From a virus: DNA of 42,550 bases. Of this stretch, positions 1 to 7,349 are shown one piece after another. Numbering within the stretch: position 1 is the stretch's first letter; each line of letters starts with the position of its first letter. The DNA lies in the IMG/VR virus record IMGVR_UViG_3300018875_000010, positions 1 to 42,550 of that record. One strand, written 5' to 3'. Made by a program: the position numbers and the translations under genes. Below the pieces are notes generated by a model. It searched no databases, was not told the origin of the DNA, and saw nothing but the letters and a program-made list of their open reading frames with translations.

Positions 1-479
1 GGGAGAAGCCGGAACACGCCGAGGTCGTCACGCTCCTCATCGACACCGGAATGAGGCCCAAGGAACTCTATAGCTTGGCCCCTCGGGACGTGGACCTGAA
101 GCACGACACCATCACTATCTGGAAGACGAAAACCGACCACCCTCGCACGGTCTACATGACCAAGCGGGTCAAGGACATCGTCTCGCGTCGTGTAAGTGCA
201 GTCACTGCACCGACCGCCAAGCTGTTCCCCTATAACAACGCTTGGCTGCGGCACACATGGGATCGAGCGAAGCTGCAACTTGGGTACGCCCACGACAAGC
301 AGTTCATCCCGTACATCTGCCGCCACACATGCGCGTCCCGGCTGGTTCAGCGCGGGGTGCCGATCAACGTGGTCAAGGAGTGGATGGGTCACAAGACCGT
401 CCAGATGACCATGCGTTACGCCCACCTAGCTCCGCAGAACCTGAAGGCTGCGGCAAGTGTCTTGGAGGCTGCTGAATGA
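1..479 (+). CDS. int: tyrosine integrase, C-terminal part (same gene as 41859..42550; the contig is circular)
   Basis: In-frame continuation of the ORF opening at 41859 through the 127-bp end overlap. Combined length is 1044 nt, 347 aa. Carries the tyrosine-recombinase signature CRHTCASR ... GH ... MRYAHL. Stop TGA at 477-479. Confidence 0.9.
   Translation, partial: EKPEHAEVVTLLIDTGMRPKELYSLAPRDVDLKHDTITIWKTKTDHPRTVYMTKRVKDIVSRRVSAVTAPTAKLFPYNNAWLRHTWDRAKLQLGYAHDKQFIPYICRHTCASRLVQRGVPINVVKEWMGHKTVQMTMRYAHLAPQNLKAAASVLEAAE
196..210. repeat. 15-bp palindrome GTGCAGTCACTGCAC, exact
   Basis: Inside the integrase; reads SAVTAP. Confidence 0.95.
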
Positions 480-706
480 TCCGAGAGGAACAACAGCGTT
501 CGTGGGTCGCCAAGCTCCAATACCCCGGCAAGAAACCGTGCTGGTTCGGTACGGTCCTGACGCGGGTAGACGCCCCACTCCATGAGGTTGAGGCCGAGGT
601 CTGGAAGAGATGGGACGAAATCTTCCCATCAGACACCCCTCGCCCCGGCCTCGTAGAACTGAAACCGGGAGCAATCTTCTTCGTCCCTGAAAAGGAGGCC
701 GCTTGA
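476..706 (+). CDS. hypothetical protein (76 aa)
   Basis: ATGA start/stop overlap with the integrase. Codon usage resembles neighbouring genes. No recognisable motif. Confidence 0.5.
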   Translation: MIREEQQRSWVAKLQYPGKKPCWFGTVLTRVDAPLHEVEAEVWKRWDEIFPSDTPRPGLVELKPGAIFFVPEKEAA

Positions 707-1083
707 TGAAACGTAGACCACCTGTCCCTGTCGTCCGGTACTTCGCCTTCGTGATGCCGGTCTATGATCGAGGCGCGGACGATGACGAACACCACGTCTA
801 CTCGCCTGCCGAGGAATGGGCCTTGGCCGAGAGCTTCCTCGTCCTCGGATGGGACCTAGATGCTCAAGAGTGGGTCACTCTCGGGACCTATGAGGACACC
901 GAGTTCAAGACCGCCAAGCGCCACGCTCGGGAGCATCATGAGAGTGTCTGCGAGAGGTTGGGGATGCTCCCCTACTTCTCTCGTAGAAGTGCAGTGACTG
1001 CACCACAGATCGACCAACTAGACACAATGTCTAGCATAGTCTATCAGAGCAGCGATGTGACGGGGAATGTCTCAAAGCTGTGA
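703..1083 (+). CDS. hypothetical protein (126 aa)
   Basis: ATGA overlap with the previous ORF. Contains one in-frame copy of the 15-bp palindrome (RRSAVTAPQ). Confidence 0.55.
   Translation: MMKRRPPVPVVRYFAFVMPVYDRGADDDEHHVYSPAEEWALAESFLVLGWDLDAQEWVTLGTYEDTEFKTAKRHAREHHESVCERLGMLPYFSRRSAVTAPQIDQLDTMSSIVYQSSDVTGNVSKL
989..1003. repeat. 15-bp palindrome, exact (G centre)
   Basis: Inside ORF 703..1083; reads SAVTAP. Confidence 0.95.
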
Positions 1084-1104
1084 CGGAGACCCTTTCCCGG
1101 TGAC

Positions 1105-1192
1105 GCGGGTGTGGCGGAATTGGTAGACGCGGCGGATTCAAAATCCGTTGTCCCTCAAAGACTTGCCGGTTCGAGTCCGGCCACCCGTACCA
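1105..1192 (+). tRNA. tRNA-Leu: tRNA-Leu (anticodon CAA), type II with long variable arm, CCA encoded
   Basis: Cloverleaf folded by hand. Acceptor GCGGGTG/CACCCGT (G1-U72 wobble). Leu-type D arm GTGGCGGAATTGGTAGACGC. Anticodon stem GCGGA/TCCGT with loop TTCAAAA. 16-nt variable arm. T arm GCCGG-TTCGAGT-CCGGC, then ACCA. Confidence 0.85.
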
Positions 1193-1252
1193 ATCCGCAC
1201 TAGTCTCAAAAGAGACCGTGTGACGGTGCGTCCCGAGGAACAGTTCTCGAAA

Positions 1253-1294
1253 CCCTTGCTGGATAAGGCTTTCCGGCAAGGGTTTTTCTTTTCC
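1253..1294 (+). terminator. rho-independent terminator after the tRNA
   Basis: CCCTTGC (1253-1259) pairs with GCAAGGG (1276-1282), followed by TTTTTCTTTT. Confidence 0.7.
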
Positions 1295-1295
1295 C

Positions 1296-1336
1296 CAATT
1301 AGTTCCTTGACCGCAACAGTTCCTGTGACGTAACGT
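1296..1336 (+). promoter_or_regulatory. sigma70-type promoter candidate upstream of the RNAP gene (copy A of a duplicated 28-bp cassette)
   Basis: -35 TTGACC (1307-1312), 18-nt spacer, -10 TAACGT (1331-1336). Bases 1296-1323 match 38584-38611 at 25/28. Confidence 0.5.
1302..1317. promoter_or_regulatory. GTTCC-N6-GGAAC element (GTTCC TTGACC GCAAC)
   Basis: One mismatch. The N6 spacer is the -35 box of promoter copy A. Confidence 0.55.
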
Positions 1337-1360
1337 CGTGTGACGTGACGGGGCGGAAAC

Positions 1361-1384
1361 CTGTGACCGAAAAACCCTCACCCT
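1361..1384 (+). repeat. 24-bp direct repeat, copy 1 (CTGTGACCGAAAAACCCTCACCCT)
   Basis: 23/24 identical to 1435-1458. Contains a TGTGACCG element and a degenerate phage-promoter core. Confidence 0.8.
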
Positions 1385-1388
1385 CAGT
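1369..1388 (+). promoter_or_regulatory. degenerate T3-like phage promoter
   Basis: GAAAAACCCTCACCCTCAGT shares the ACCCTCACC core with the consensus AATAAACCCTCACCTTCAC. Confidence 0.45.
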
Positions 1389-1434
1389 GTTTCGGACCCT
1401 TCGGTCCCCCTCTCCCGTCACAAGGCGCGGCCCT

Positions 1435-1458
1435 CTGTGACCGAAAAACCCTCACCTT
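1435..1458 (+). repeat. 24-bp direct repeat, copy 2 (CTGTGACCGAAAAACCCTCACCTT)
   Basis: See 1361-1384. Confidence 0.8.
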
Positions 1459-1462
1459 TAGC
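1443..1462 (+). promoter_or_regulatory. degenerate T3-like phage promoter just upstream of the RNAP gene
   Basis: GAAAAACCCTCACCTTTAGC. Lies 36 nt upstream of the RNAP ATG. Confidence 0.45.
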
Positions 1463-1497
1463 CATGCCCTAGAGGCCCAACCAAAGGAGAAAGACCT

Positions 1498-4047
1498 ATG
1501 GATACCATCCTTGAGACCTCCTCTAATGAAGTCTCCATCTCTCTGTTCGACCGTCAGATTGAGCTTGAAGAGAAGATGCTCGTTGCTGGTAGGGAGAACT
1601 TCTACAAGGCCATTGAACAGGCCAAGGAGCGGGGAGAAGAGGCAGGGACCACCTATGGTCAGCGTATCCTGCGTAAGCTGGTCCTTCCCATGACGAAGGC
1701 CATTGAAGGCTTCGTGTCTGAGGCGTCTTCCGGCAAGGCCGGTCGCCGTCACACGGCTCTGAAGTACATCGACCTCCTTGAACCCGAGGTCGTCTCCTAT
1801 CTCACCCTCAAGACGGTCCTCGATAGCATCACCAAACAGGATACGTTGCAGCGTACCGCTATCCGCATCTCCAATGCGATCCAAGACGAGGTGCGTATGC
1901 TCAAGTTCAAGGAGGCGAACCCGGAGCGTTTCAAGATTACGATGAGCAAGGTCGATGCTGCGACCACTCGTCGCCACAAGCAGCGGGTCGCCCGCATCAT
2001 GGCGAACCGTGCAGGCGTCCACCTCGATTGGCCGGATGCTGACATGATCCACCTCGGAACCAAGCTGGTCGAGCTTCTCCGTGCCTCGACGGGGCTGGTG
2101 GACATCCAGCATCAGACGGTCGGGCCGAAGGACACCCAAATCTTCGTGGTCGCTACGGCCTCCACGATGAAGTGGATCGACAACGCGAACGAGCAAATGG
2201 AAATCCTCGCTCCCGCCTACTATCCGACCATCATCCCGCCGAAGCCTTGGGTCTCCCCTTGGGATGGCGGCTACTGGTCGGGATTGGTGCAGCGACTCCC
2301 CCTAGTGAAGACCCGCAATCAGAACTACCTTGAGGAGCTTTCCAACCGGGACCTCTCTCAGGTTTACGATGCGGTCAACGCCATGCAGGACACCCCTTGG
2401 CAGATCAACAAGGCTGTCTTGCGGGTCCTGAAGGAGGCGTGGGAGACCGGAGCGCGGATCAAGAACATGCCGCCTCGGGAGAACGACGCCCTCCCCTCCA
2501 AGCCCGACAACTTCGACACCAACGAAGCCGCTCGGAAGGAGTGGAAGAAGGCTGCGGCCAGGGTCCATGAGAGGAACGCGAAGCTGAAGTCCAAGCGCAT
2601 CCAGCTTCGCAAGATCATCCAGCTTGCGGATCAGTTCAGCGAGTACGAGGAAATCTTCTTCCCGTATCAGCTTGACTTTCGGGGCCGGGTGTATGCGGTC
2701 CCCATGTTCCTCAACCCGCAGGGACCCGACCACGCTAAGGCCCTACTGACGTTCGCCAATGGGAAGAAGATCGGGGATGGCGTAGCCGCTGGCTGGCTGG
2801 CGATCCACGGTGCCAACACCTACGGCTATGACAAGGTCTCGCTTGAGGACCGGATCGAGTGGATCGAGGAGCGCCGGGACCTGATCGTCGCCGCTGCCGA
2901 GGACCCGCTCGGGGAAGGCTTCGAGTTCTGGACGAAGGCCGACAAGCCGTGGCAGTTCCTCGCGTTCTGCTTCGAGTGGGCTGGCTTCCAGAAGGAAGGC
3001 TTCGACTTCGTGTCCTCCCTTCCCATCGCCCTCGACGGGTCCTGCAACGGGCTTCAGCATTACAGCGCGGCCCTGCGTGATCCGGTGGGAGGCGCTGCGG
3101 TGAACCTCCTCCCGGCGGACAAGCCCAACGACATCTACGGCACGGTCGCAGGCGTTACGTTGCAGCTTGTGCAGGCTTTCGCTTGCCCTAATGGTTCCTC
3201 TATCGGAACCGTTTCGGACAAACAGCTTGCCAAGTGGCGGAAGACTTGGACCGAGCATGGGATTGACGAGGTCGAGATGGCGAACCGCTGGCTGGCCTTC
3301 GGCATCGACCGTAAGGTGACGAAGCGTTCCGTCATGACCCTCCCCTACGGGTCCACTCAATACTCCTGCCGGGAGTTCCTTGAGGAGGCCGTGAGGGACA
3401 AGCTCGATGAGGGCAAGGGCAATGTCTTCGCCAACGGAGACAGCGACGGGGTCTTCAAGGCTACCATGTGGCTTCAGCCGCTGGTCTGGTACGCTATCGG
3501 AGAGGTAGTGAAGGCCGCTCGGATCGGTATGGATTGGCTCAAGGAGTGCGCCCGCTTGGCGGCTGCGGAAGGACTGCCTGTCACTTGGCAGACCCCCGAT
3601 GGCTTCCTTGTGCAGCAGTCCTACCATGACACCAAGCCGCGCCGGATCGACACCCACCTCGACGGTCGCATCCAGTTGGTCATCAGGGAGCAGAAGCCGG
3701 AAATCGACAAGCGGCGTCAGCAGCAGGGCATCGCGCCGAATTGGGTTCACTCGATGGACGCCACCGCTATGCGGAAGTTCATCAACCTCGCCTATGCTAA
3801 CGGCATCGAGCATTTCGCTCTGGTGCATGACAGCTACGGCACGGTGGCTGCGGACGTGGAGATGATGACGGCCTGCCTGAAGAAGGCGTTCGTCCAACTC
3901 TACACCGAGCGTGACCCGCTGGCCGAGTTCCGGGTGGACATTGCGGAACTCCTCTCGGATGCAGCCTTGGCGATGCTGCCCGAGTTGCCCGAGAAGGGCA
4001 CGTTGGATGTCGCTTTGGTGGAGGAGTCCGACTTTTTCTTTGCCTAA
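1498..4047 (+). CDS. single-subunit DNA-directed RNA polymerase (T7 gp1-like)
   Basis: 849 aa. SD AAAGGAGA precedes the ATG. C-terminal region aligns with remembered T7 RNAP (QQGIAPNWVHSMDA, FALVHDSYGT, terminal ESDFFFA versus T7 ESDFAFA). Confidence 0.97.
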   Translation: MDTILETSSNEVSISLFDRQIELEEKMLVAGRENFYKAIEQAKERGEEAGTTYGQRILRKLVLPMTKAIEGFVSEASSGKAGRRHTALKYIDLLEPEVVSYLTLKTVLDSITKQDTLQRTAIRISNAIQDEVRMLKFKEANPERFKITMSKVDAATTRRHKQRVARIMANRAGVHLDWPDADMIHLGTKLVELLRASTGLVDIQHQTVGPKDTQIFVVATASTMKWIDNANEQMEILAPAYYPTIIPPKPWVSPWDGGYWSGLVQRLPLVKTRNQNYLEELSNRDLSQVYDAVNAMQDTPWQINKAVLRVLKEAWETGARIKNMPPRENDALPSKPDNFDTNEAARKEWKKAAARVHERNAKLKSKRIQLRKIIQLADQFSEYEEIFFPYQLDFRGRVYAVPMFLNPQGPDHAKALLTFANGKKIGDGVAAGWLAIHGANTYGYDKVSLEDRIEWIEERRDLIVAAAEDPLGEGFEFWTKADKPWQFLAFCFEWAGFQKEGFDFVSSLPIALDGSCNGLQHYSAALRDPVGGAAVNLLPADKPNDIYGTVAGVTLQLVQAFACPNGSSIGTVSDKQLAKWRKTWTEHGIDEVEMANRWLAFGIDRKVTKRSVMTLPYGSTQYSCREFLEEAVRDKLDEGKGNVFANGDSDGVFKATMWLQPLVWYAIGEVVKAARIGMDWLKECARLAAAEGLPVTWQTPDGFLVQQSYHDTKPRRIDTHLDGRIQLVIREQKPEIDKRRQQQGIAPNWVHSMDATAMRKFINLAYANGIEHFALVHDSYGTVAADVEMMTACLKKAFVQLYTERDPLAEFRVDIAELLSDAALAMLPELPEKGTLDVALVEESDFFFA

Positions 4048-4050
4048 ATA

Positions 4051-4066
4051 GTTCCTCAGAAGGAAC
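4051..4066. promoter_or_regulatory. GTTCC-N6-GGAAC element, perfect
   Basis: GTTCC TCAGAA GGAAC, 4 nt after the RNAP stop. Confidence 0.6.
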
Positions 4067-4076
4067 AGTTCTGAGA

Positions 4077-4113
4077 GGGGATCGAGTGCAGTCACTGCAC
4101 CGGTCCCCTTTTT
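4077..4113 (+). terminator. rho-independent terminator after the RNAP gene, built around a palindrome copy
   Basis: GGGGATC (4077-4083) pairs with GGTCCCC (4102-4108). This encloses GTGCAGTCACTGCAC and is followed by TTTTT. Confidence 0.7.
4086..4100. repeat. 15-bp palindrome, exact
   Basis: Intergenic; forms the core of the RNAP terminator hairpin. Confidence 0.95.
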
Positions 4114-4115
4114 CC

Positions 4116-4134
4116 ATTTCCCCTCACCTTCACT
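4116..4134 (+). promoter_or_regulatory. variant T3-like phage promoter
   Basis: ATTTCCCCTCACCTTCACT: core CCCTCACCTTCACT is intact, the upstream AT part diverges. Confidence 0.5.
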
Positions 4135-4164
4135 GCGAAGAACGCAGCCAACACAGGAGGTCTC

Positions 4165-4308
4165 ATGAAACTACCGTTCACTGTCCTCTTCGTCGGCGGC
4201 AAGGCTGTCGAAGTCGAAGCTGTCACCGACACCGGAGCAGGCCGCTTCTACTGGATTCGTAGCCCGCAGGGCGAACTCCTCAAGTTCCCGGCTTGGGCCT
4301 TCCAATAA
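4165..4308 (+). CDS. hypothetical small protein (47 aa)
   Basis: Below the ORF-track cutoff. Strong SD AGGAGG sits 6 nt upstream of the ATG. Fills the gap between two promoters. Confidence 0.5.
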   Translation: MKLPFTVLFVGGKAVEVEAVTDTGAGRFYWIRSPQGELLKFPAWAFQ

Positions 4309-4323
4309 ACCCTCACCTTCACT
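4304..4323 (+). promoter_or_regulatory. T3-like phage RNAP promoter
   Basis: AATAAACCCTCACCTTCACT. The 20-mer is identical to 5040-5059. Compare the T3 promoter AATTAACCCTCACTAAAGGGAGA. Confidence 0.8.
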
Positions 4324-4337
4324 CAGGAGAACCGCTC

Positions 4338-4514
4338 ATGAGAATGACCATTCGCATTGGTGCGGCATACGACGATGTCATCATCGACGGGCATCGTTTC
4401 GACCGCAGCAAACTCGACAAGCATCAGCGTCGTGCGATGTCCGAACTGATTGTCGAGACCCTCTTCCCGAAACCTCAAACCCGCAAGCCTCGTAGGAGAA
4501 AGGCCCATGCGTAA
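4338..4514 (+). CDS. hypothetical small basic protein (58 aa)
   Basis: Internal ATG of ORF 4293..4514, preceded by SD AGGAGA and placed downstream of the promoter. Confidence 0.55.
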   Translation: MRMTIRIGAAYDDVIIDGHRFDRSKLDKHQRRAMSELIVETLFPKPQTRKPRRRKAHA

Positions 4515-4785
4515 GGACGTTGTTTACGAGCAACTCATCAACGCAGATCGTCAGCAGACTGCACTCGCTACCTTCCATCTTCTCGATACGCTGCAAGCGT
4601 TCCACCATAACCGGGGACTTCAGATCAACGCAGCGTTCCTCCTGGCTGTCCTCATGGCCGAACACCTCGGCGTCGAAGTACAGGAGGCCATGACCACCGC
4701 GAAGAACTTGCTCCGCACTCATGACGACAAGCTCGCCACCGAGTTCGAGGCAATCCGCTGGTATCTGCGGGAGGAAGTGAAGTGA
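4507..4785 (+). CDS. hypothetical protein (92 aa)
   Basis: ATG at 4507 after SD AGGAGA. Overlaps the previous stop (ATGCGTAA). Confidence 0.6.
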   Translation: MRKDVVYEQLINADRQQTALATFHLLDTLQAFHHNRGLQINAAFLLAVLMAEHLGVEVQEAMTTAKNLLRTHDDKLATEFEAIRWYLREEVK

Positions 4786-5150
4786 TCCGTCATGTGGTGG
4801 GTCTGTCTCTTGCTCTTTGTCTTGCTGTCCTCCCGGCGCAAGCAAAGGGGGTGAGCGTCTCCGCTCGACCCTCCGTCTCTGTCGCTCGACCGTCTGTGCC
4901 GAACGTCCGTCCTTCGGTCCCATCCGTGCCGCGTACAGTCACTGCACCGACACCTCCACCGGCACCGAAGGTCAACCCGTATGTCAAGCCGAGTGAACCA
5001 TCCGGTTCCGAGCGCAAGCCGACATACGCACCTGTCCTGAATAAACCCTCACCTTCACTGTCGAAGCCATCCGATCCCAAGACCCATTCGTGGTTCTGGT
5101 TCTGGTGGTTTTGGGATGACGACGACGATGACGAAGAGGACGACGACTAA
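4782..5150 (+). CDS. secreted proline-rich protein with WFWFWWFW patch and poly-acidic C-terminus
   Basis: N-terminal signal-peptide-like MIRHVVGLSLALCLAVLPAQAKG. RPSV repeats. Ends HSWFWFWWFWDDDDDDEEDDD. GTGA overlap with the previous gene. Confidence 0.6.
   Translation: MIRHVVGLSLALCLAVLPAQAKGVSVSARPSVSVARPSVPNVRPSVPSVPRTVTAPTPPPAPKVNPYVKPSEPSGSERKPTYAPVLNKPSPSLSKPSDPKTHSWFWFWWFWDDDDDDEEDDD
4933..4947. repeat. 15-bp palindrome, 14/15
   Basis: GTaCAGTCACTGCAC in ORF 4782..5150; reads TVTAP. Confidence 0.85.
5040..5059 (+). promoter_or_regulatory. T3-like phage RNAP promoter located inside ORF 4782..5150
   Basis: AATAAACCCTCACCTTCACT, the exact 20-mer of 4304-4323. Confidence 0.7.
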
Positions 5151-5332
5151 TGGCTCAGTCTCTTCTCATCATCGTCGCTCTCTACTTCGGACAGCCCGTC
5201 GCCACGATGGAGTTCGTGGACAGTGAAACGTGCATGGACAAGGCCCGCTCAGTGGTCCGCGTCCTCAACACAATGGAAGGCTTCACCGATGCAGAAGGAT
5301 TTTGCAAAGCCACAGACCAACGAAGCGCCTGA
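5150..5332 (+). CDS. hypothetical small membrane or secreted protein (60 aa)
   Basis: TAATG overlap with the previous gene. Hydrophobic N-terminus. Confidence 0.45.
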   Translation: MAQSLLIIVALYFGQPVATMEFVDSETCMDKARSVVRVLNTMEGFTDAEGFCKATDQRSA

Positions 5333-5480
5333 CCTTCCGGTCTTCGACAGCAACAAGTCCGCTCTCGCAACCGCCATCTCCCTTTGGAGAGCCGGTAAGA
5401 AGATCGACCTCACGCTCTACGCGGAGTTGGTCGAACAGGGGTACGACGTTCCGTCCCTTGAGCGGTTTTATCGTAAGTAA
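5289..5480 (+). CDS. hypothetical protein (start uncertain; ORF is open from 5223)
   Basis: In-frame ATGs at 5223 and 5289. The later start minimises overlap with 5150..5332. Confidence 0.4.
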   Translation: MQKDFAKPQTNEAPDLPVFDSNKSALATAISLWRAGKKIDLTLYAELVEQGYDVPSLERFYRK

Positions 5481-5483
5481 TCG

Positions 5484-5499
5484 GTCCCTTGAAAGGAAC
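5484..5499. promoter_or_regulatory. GTTCC-N6-GGAAC element (GTCCC TTGAAA GGAAC)
   Basis: One mismatch. Intergenic, 5481-5504. Confidence 0.5.
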
Positions 5500-5504
5500 T
5501 AATC

Positions 5505-5762
5505 ATGACCGACCTGAACACCCTCGACGCTCTCGAAATCCCCACTGAGGTTGTCACCGTCACTGCCGCTCAGGACGGACAGCACATCGTCCTCGGTCTG
5601 CGTGACCGCTCGGGCGACACCGCTGCCGTGGTTCTGAATGAGGATCAGATCATCGCTCTCTGTGACCTCATTCGCCAAGCCTACCTCTCGTCGCTGGCTG
5701 GCGTCCCCTTCTTCAAGGGTATGGCGCGTCCGGTCTTCGAGAACCCCTCCGTCAAGAACTAA
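5505..5762 (+). CDS. hypothetical protein (85 aa)
   Basis: Clean ORF with codon usage like its neighbours. Confidence 0.6.
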   Translation: MTDLNTLDALEIPTEVVTVTAAQDGQHIVLGLRDRSGDTAAVVLNEDQIIALCDLIRQAYLSSLAGVPFFKGMARPVFENPSVKN

Positions 5763-5765
5763 CCG

Positions 5766-5780
5766 GTGCAGTCACTGCAC
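5766..5780. repeat. 15-bp palindrome, exact
   Basis: 3 nt after a stop codon. The 26-mer TAACCGGTGCAGTCACTGCACTAATC is shared with the copy at 33019. Confidence 0.95.
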
Positions 5781-5826
5781 TAATCCTCCGCTTCCTCCAA
5801 TCACTCTCATTCAAAGGATCAAGACA

Positions 5827-6105
5827 ATGGCTGCTACCGCTTCCGAAATCCGTGCTTATGCCGAGGCCAACGGCATCAACGTCCAGCAACTGACGGACCT
5901 CGACATCTTCGTTGAGGGCGTCCAGGTCGAGAGCCTGAAGGATGTCGGCCCTTCCGAGGCCGGTCCCTACCTGATGGCTGCGAACCTGTCTGCCGCTATC
6001 GGCATGAAGGTCGAACTCCGGTTCTCCGACATCGGCGTCTACGAGATGGCGAACATGGCCTTCGCAGACCGCACGAACATCTCCGTGACCCTGCGGGACG
6101 CTTAA
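5827..6105 (+). CDS. hypothetical protein (92 aa)
   Basis: Internal ATG of ORF 5638..6105 (MAATASEIRAY...), downstream of a palindrome copy and the previous stop. Confidence 0.6.
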   Translation: MAATASEIRAYAEANGINVQQLTDLDIFVEGVQVESLKDVGPSEAGPYLMAANLSAAIGMKVELRFSDIGVYEMANMAFADRTNISVTLRDA

Positions 6106-6118
6106 TCGCGTCCCCTTG

Positions 6119-6134
6119 GTTCCTTCATCGCAAC
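6119..6134. promoter_or_regulatory. GTTCC-N6-GGAAC element (GTTCC TTCATC GCAAC)
   Basis: One mismatch. Intergenic, upstream of the SSB gene. Confidence 0.5.
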
Positions 6135-6157
6135 TGTCTCTTCACTGGAACTATGCA

Positions 6158-6907
6158 ATGGCTGACAATAAGCGTCCGAAACTGCCCTCGTTCATCACCC
6201 CGAAGCTGGTCTTCAAGTTCCCGAAGCTGATCGAGCCGGACTACGGTTCGACCGAGTATCCGAAACCGGATGGTGAGTTCTCCACCAAGGGCATCGCCAA
6301 GTTGAGCGATCCCGCCGTGCAGGCTTTCCTCCAGAAGCTGAACCCTCTGCATGAAGAGGCCATCGCCAAGGCCGAGGAGGAGTTCAAGAAGCTGAAGGTG
6401 GAGACCCGCAAGAAGCTCGGCAAGGTTCAGGTCAACGACCTCTTCACGACCCTCTACGATCAGGAGACCGAGGAGCCTACTGGCGACATCGAGTTCAAGT
6501 TCGCCATGAAGCACCGGATCGAGATTAAGAAGGGTCCGAACGCGGGTAAGGTCATCACCAAGTACCCGGCTCTCTTCGACGCGAAGGGCAAGCCGATCAT
6601 CGTCCGTGACAAGCAGGGCAAGACCCTCGCCAACGCTCCGCAGATTTGGGGCGGCACGGTCGGCAAGGTCTCATTCGAGGCTTCCCCGTATTTCATCCCC
6701 GGCACCGGTGCGGCTGGCCTGAAGCTGGCGCTCACCGCTGTCCAGATCATCGACCTTGTGTCCGGTGGTCAGCGTTCCGCATCGAGCTACGGCTTCGGTG
6801 AGGAAGACGGCTACGAAGCGGAAGACTTCGACAACGAGACCTCGGAGGATACCGAGGCAGAAGGTAATGGCGACGAGGCGTCGAACGACGAAGACGACGA
6901 CTTCTAA
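6158..6907 (+). CDS. single-stranded DNA-binding protein (T7 gp2.5-like)
   Basis: T7 synteny. Acidic C-terminal tail ends in Phe (NDEDDDF), as in T7 gp2.5. Start taken at MADNKRPKLP. Confidence 0.8.
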   Translation: MADNKRPKLPSFITPKLVFKFPKLIEPDYGSTEYPKPDGEFSTKGIAKLSDPAVQAFLQKLNPLHEEAIAKAEEEFKKLKVETRKKLGKVQVNDLFTTLYDQETEEPTGDIEFKFAMKHRIEIKKGPNAGKVITKYPALFDAKGKPIIVRDKQGKTLANAPQIWGGTVGKVSFEASPYFIPGTGAAGLKLALTAVQIIDLVSGGQRSASSYGFGEEDGYEAEDFDNETSEDTEAEGNGDEASNDEDDDF

Positions 6908-7349
6908 GCGCAAGCCTCGCCTATGGGGCGGTCCCCTCAGTGGGACCGATCCCGGCCTAGAACATGGGTTCCGTAGTGGCCTTGAAGACAAGGTCGCTGC
7001 GGAGCTTGAGGCGGCTGGCGTCCCGGTTGTCTACGAGAACCCGGACAGTGTGATCCACTACGTCAAGCCCGCGACCAAGTCTCGATACACCCCCGACTTC
7101 GTCCTCCCCAACGGCATCATCGTTGAGACCAAAGGACGGTTCATCACGGCGGATCGTAAGAAGCACCTTCTCATCAAGCAGCAGCATCCCGAGAAGGACA
7201 TCCGGTTCGTCTTCTCCAATTCCCGTCAGCGTATCTCGAAGCAATCGAAGACCACCTACGGAATGTGGTGCGAGAAGTACGGCTTCCAGTACGCGGACAA
7301 GAGCATCCCCGAGGAGTGGCTGAAAGAGCCACCCAAGAGAAATGCGTAA
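6867..7349 (+). CDS. endonuclease I / Holliday-junction resolvase (T7 gp3-like)
   Basis: SGLEDKV...YTPDFVLPNGIIVETKG...DRKKHLLIKQQHPE.DIRFVFS...EKYGFQYADK.IPEEWLKEP matches the remembered T7 gp3 closely. Start is approximate. Confidence 0.9.
   Translation: MATRRRTTKTTTSKRKPRLWGGPLSGTDPGLEHGFRSGLEDKVAAELEAAGVPVVYENPDSVIHYVKPATKSRYTPDFVLPNGIIVETKGRFITADRKKHLLIKQQHPEKDIRFVFSNSRQRISKQSKTTYGMWCEKYGFQYADKSIPEEWLKEPPKRNA

Noticed and set aside
2287-2301. Partial palindrome matches at 12/15 (2287 in the RNAP gene and 23717 in gp12) and the half-site at 17457.
   Set aside because: About one 12/15 match is expected by chance in 42 kb, so these cannot be told apart from background.
2743-4095. Long minus-strand ORFs, for example 2743..4095, 16181..17449, 23551..25122, 26963..28996 and 32870..34573.
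   Set aside because: Each lies antisense to a well-supported plus-strand gene with clear T7-family motifs. Their R/G/P/L-rich composition is typical of shadow frames in GC-rich DNA.
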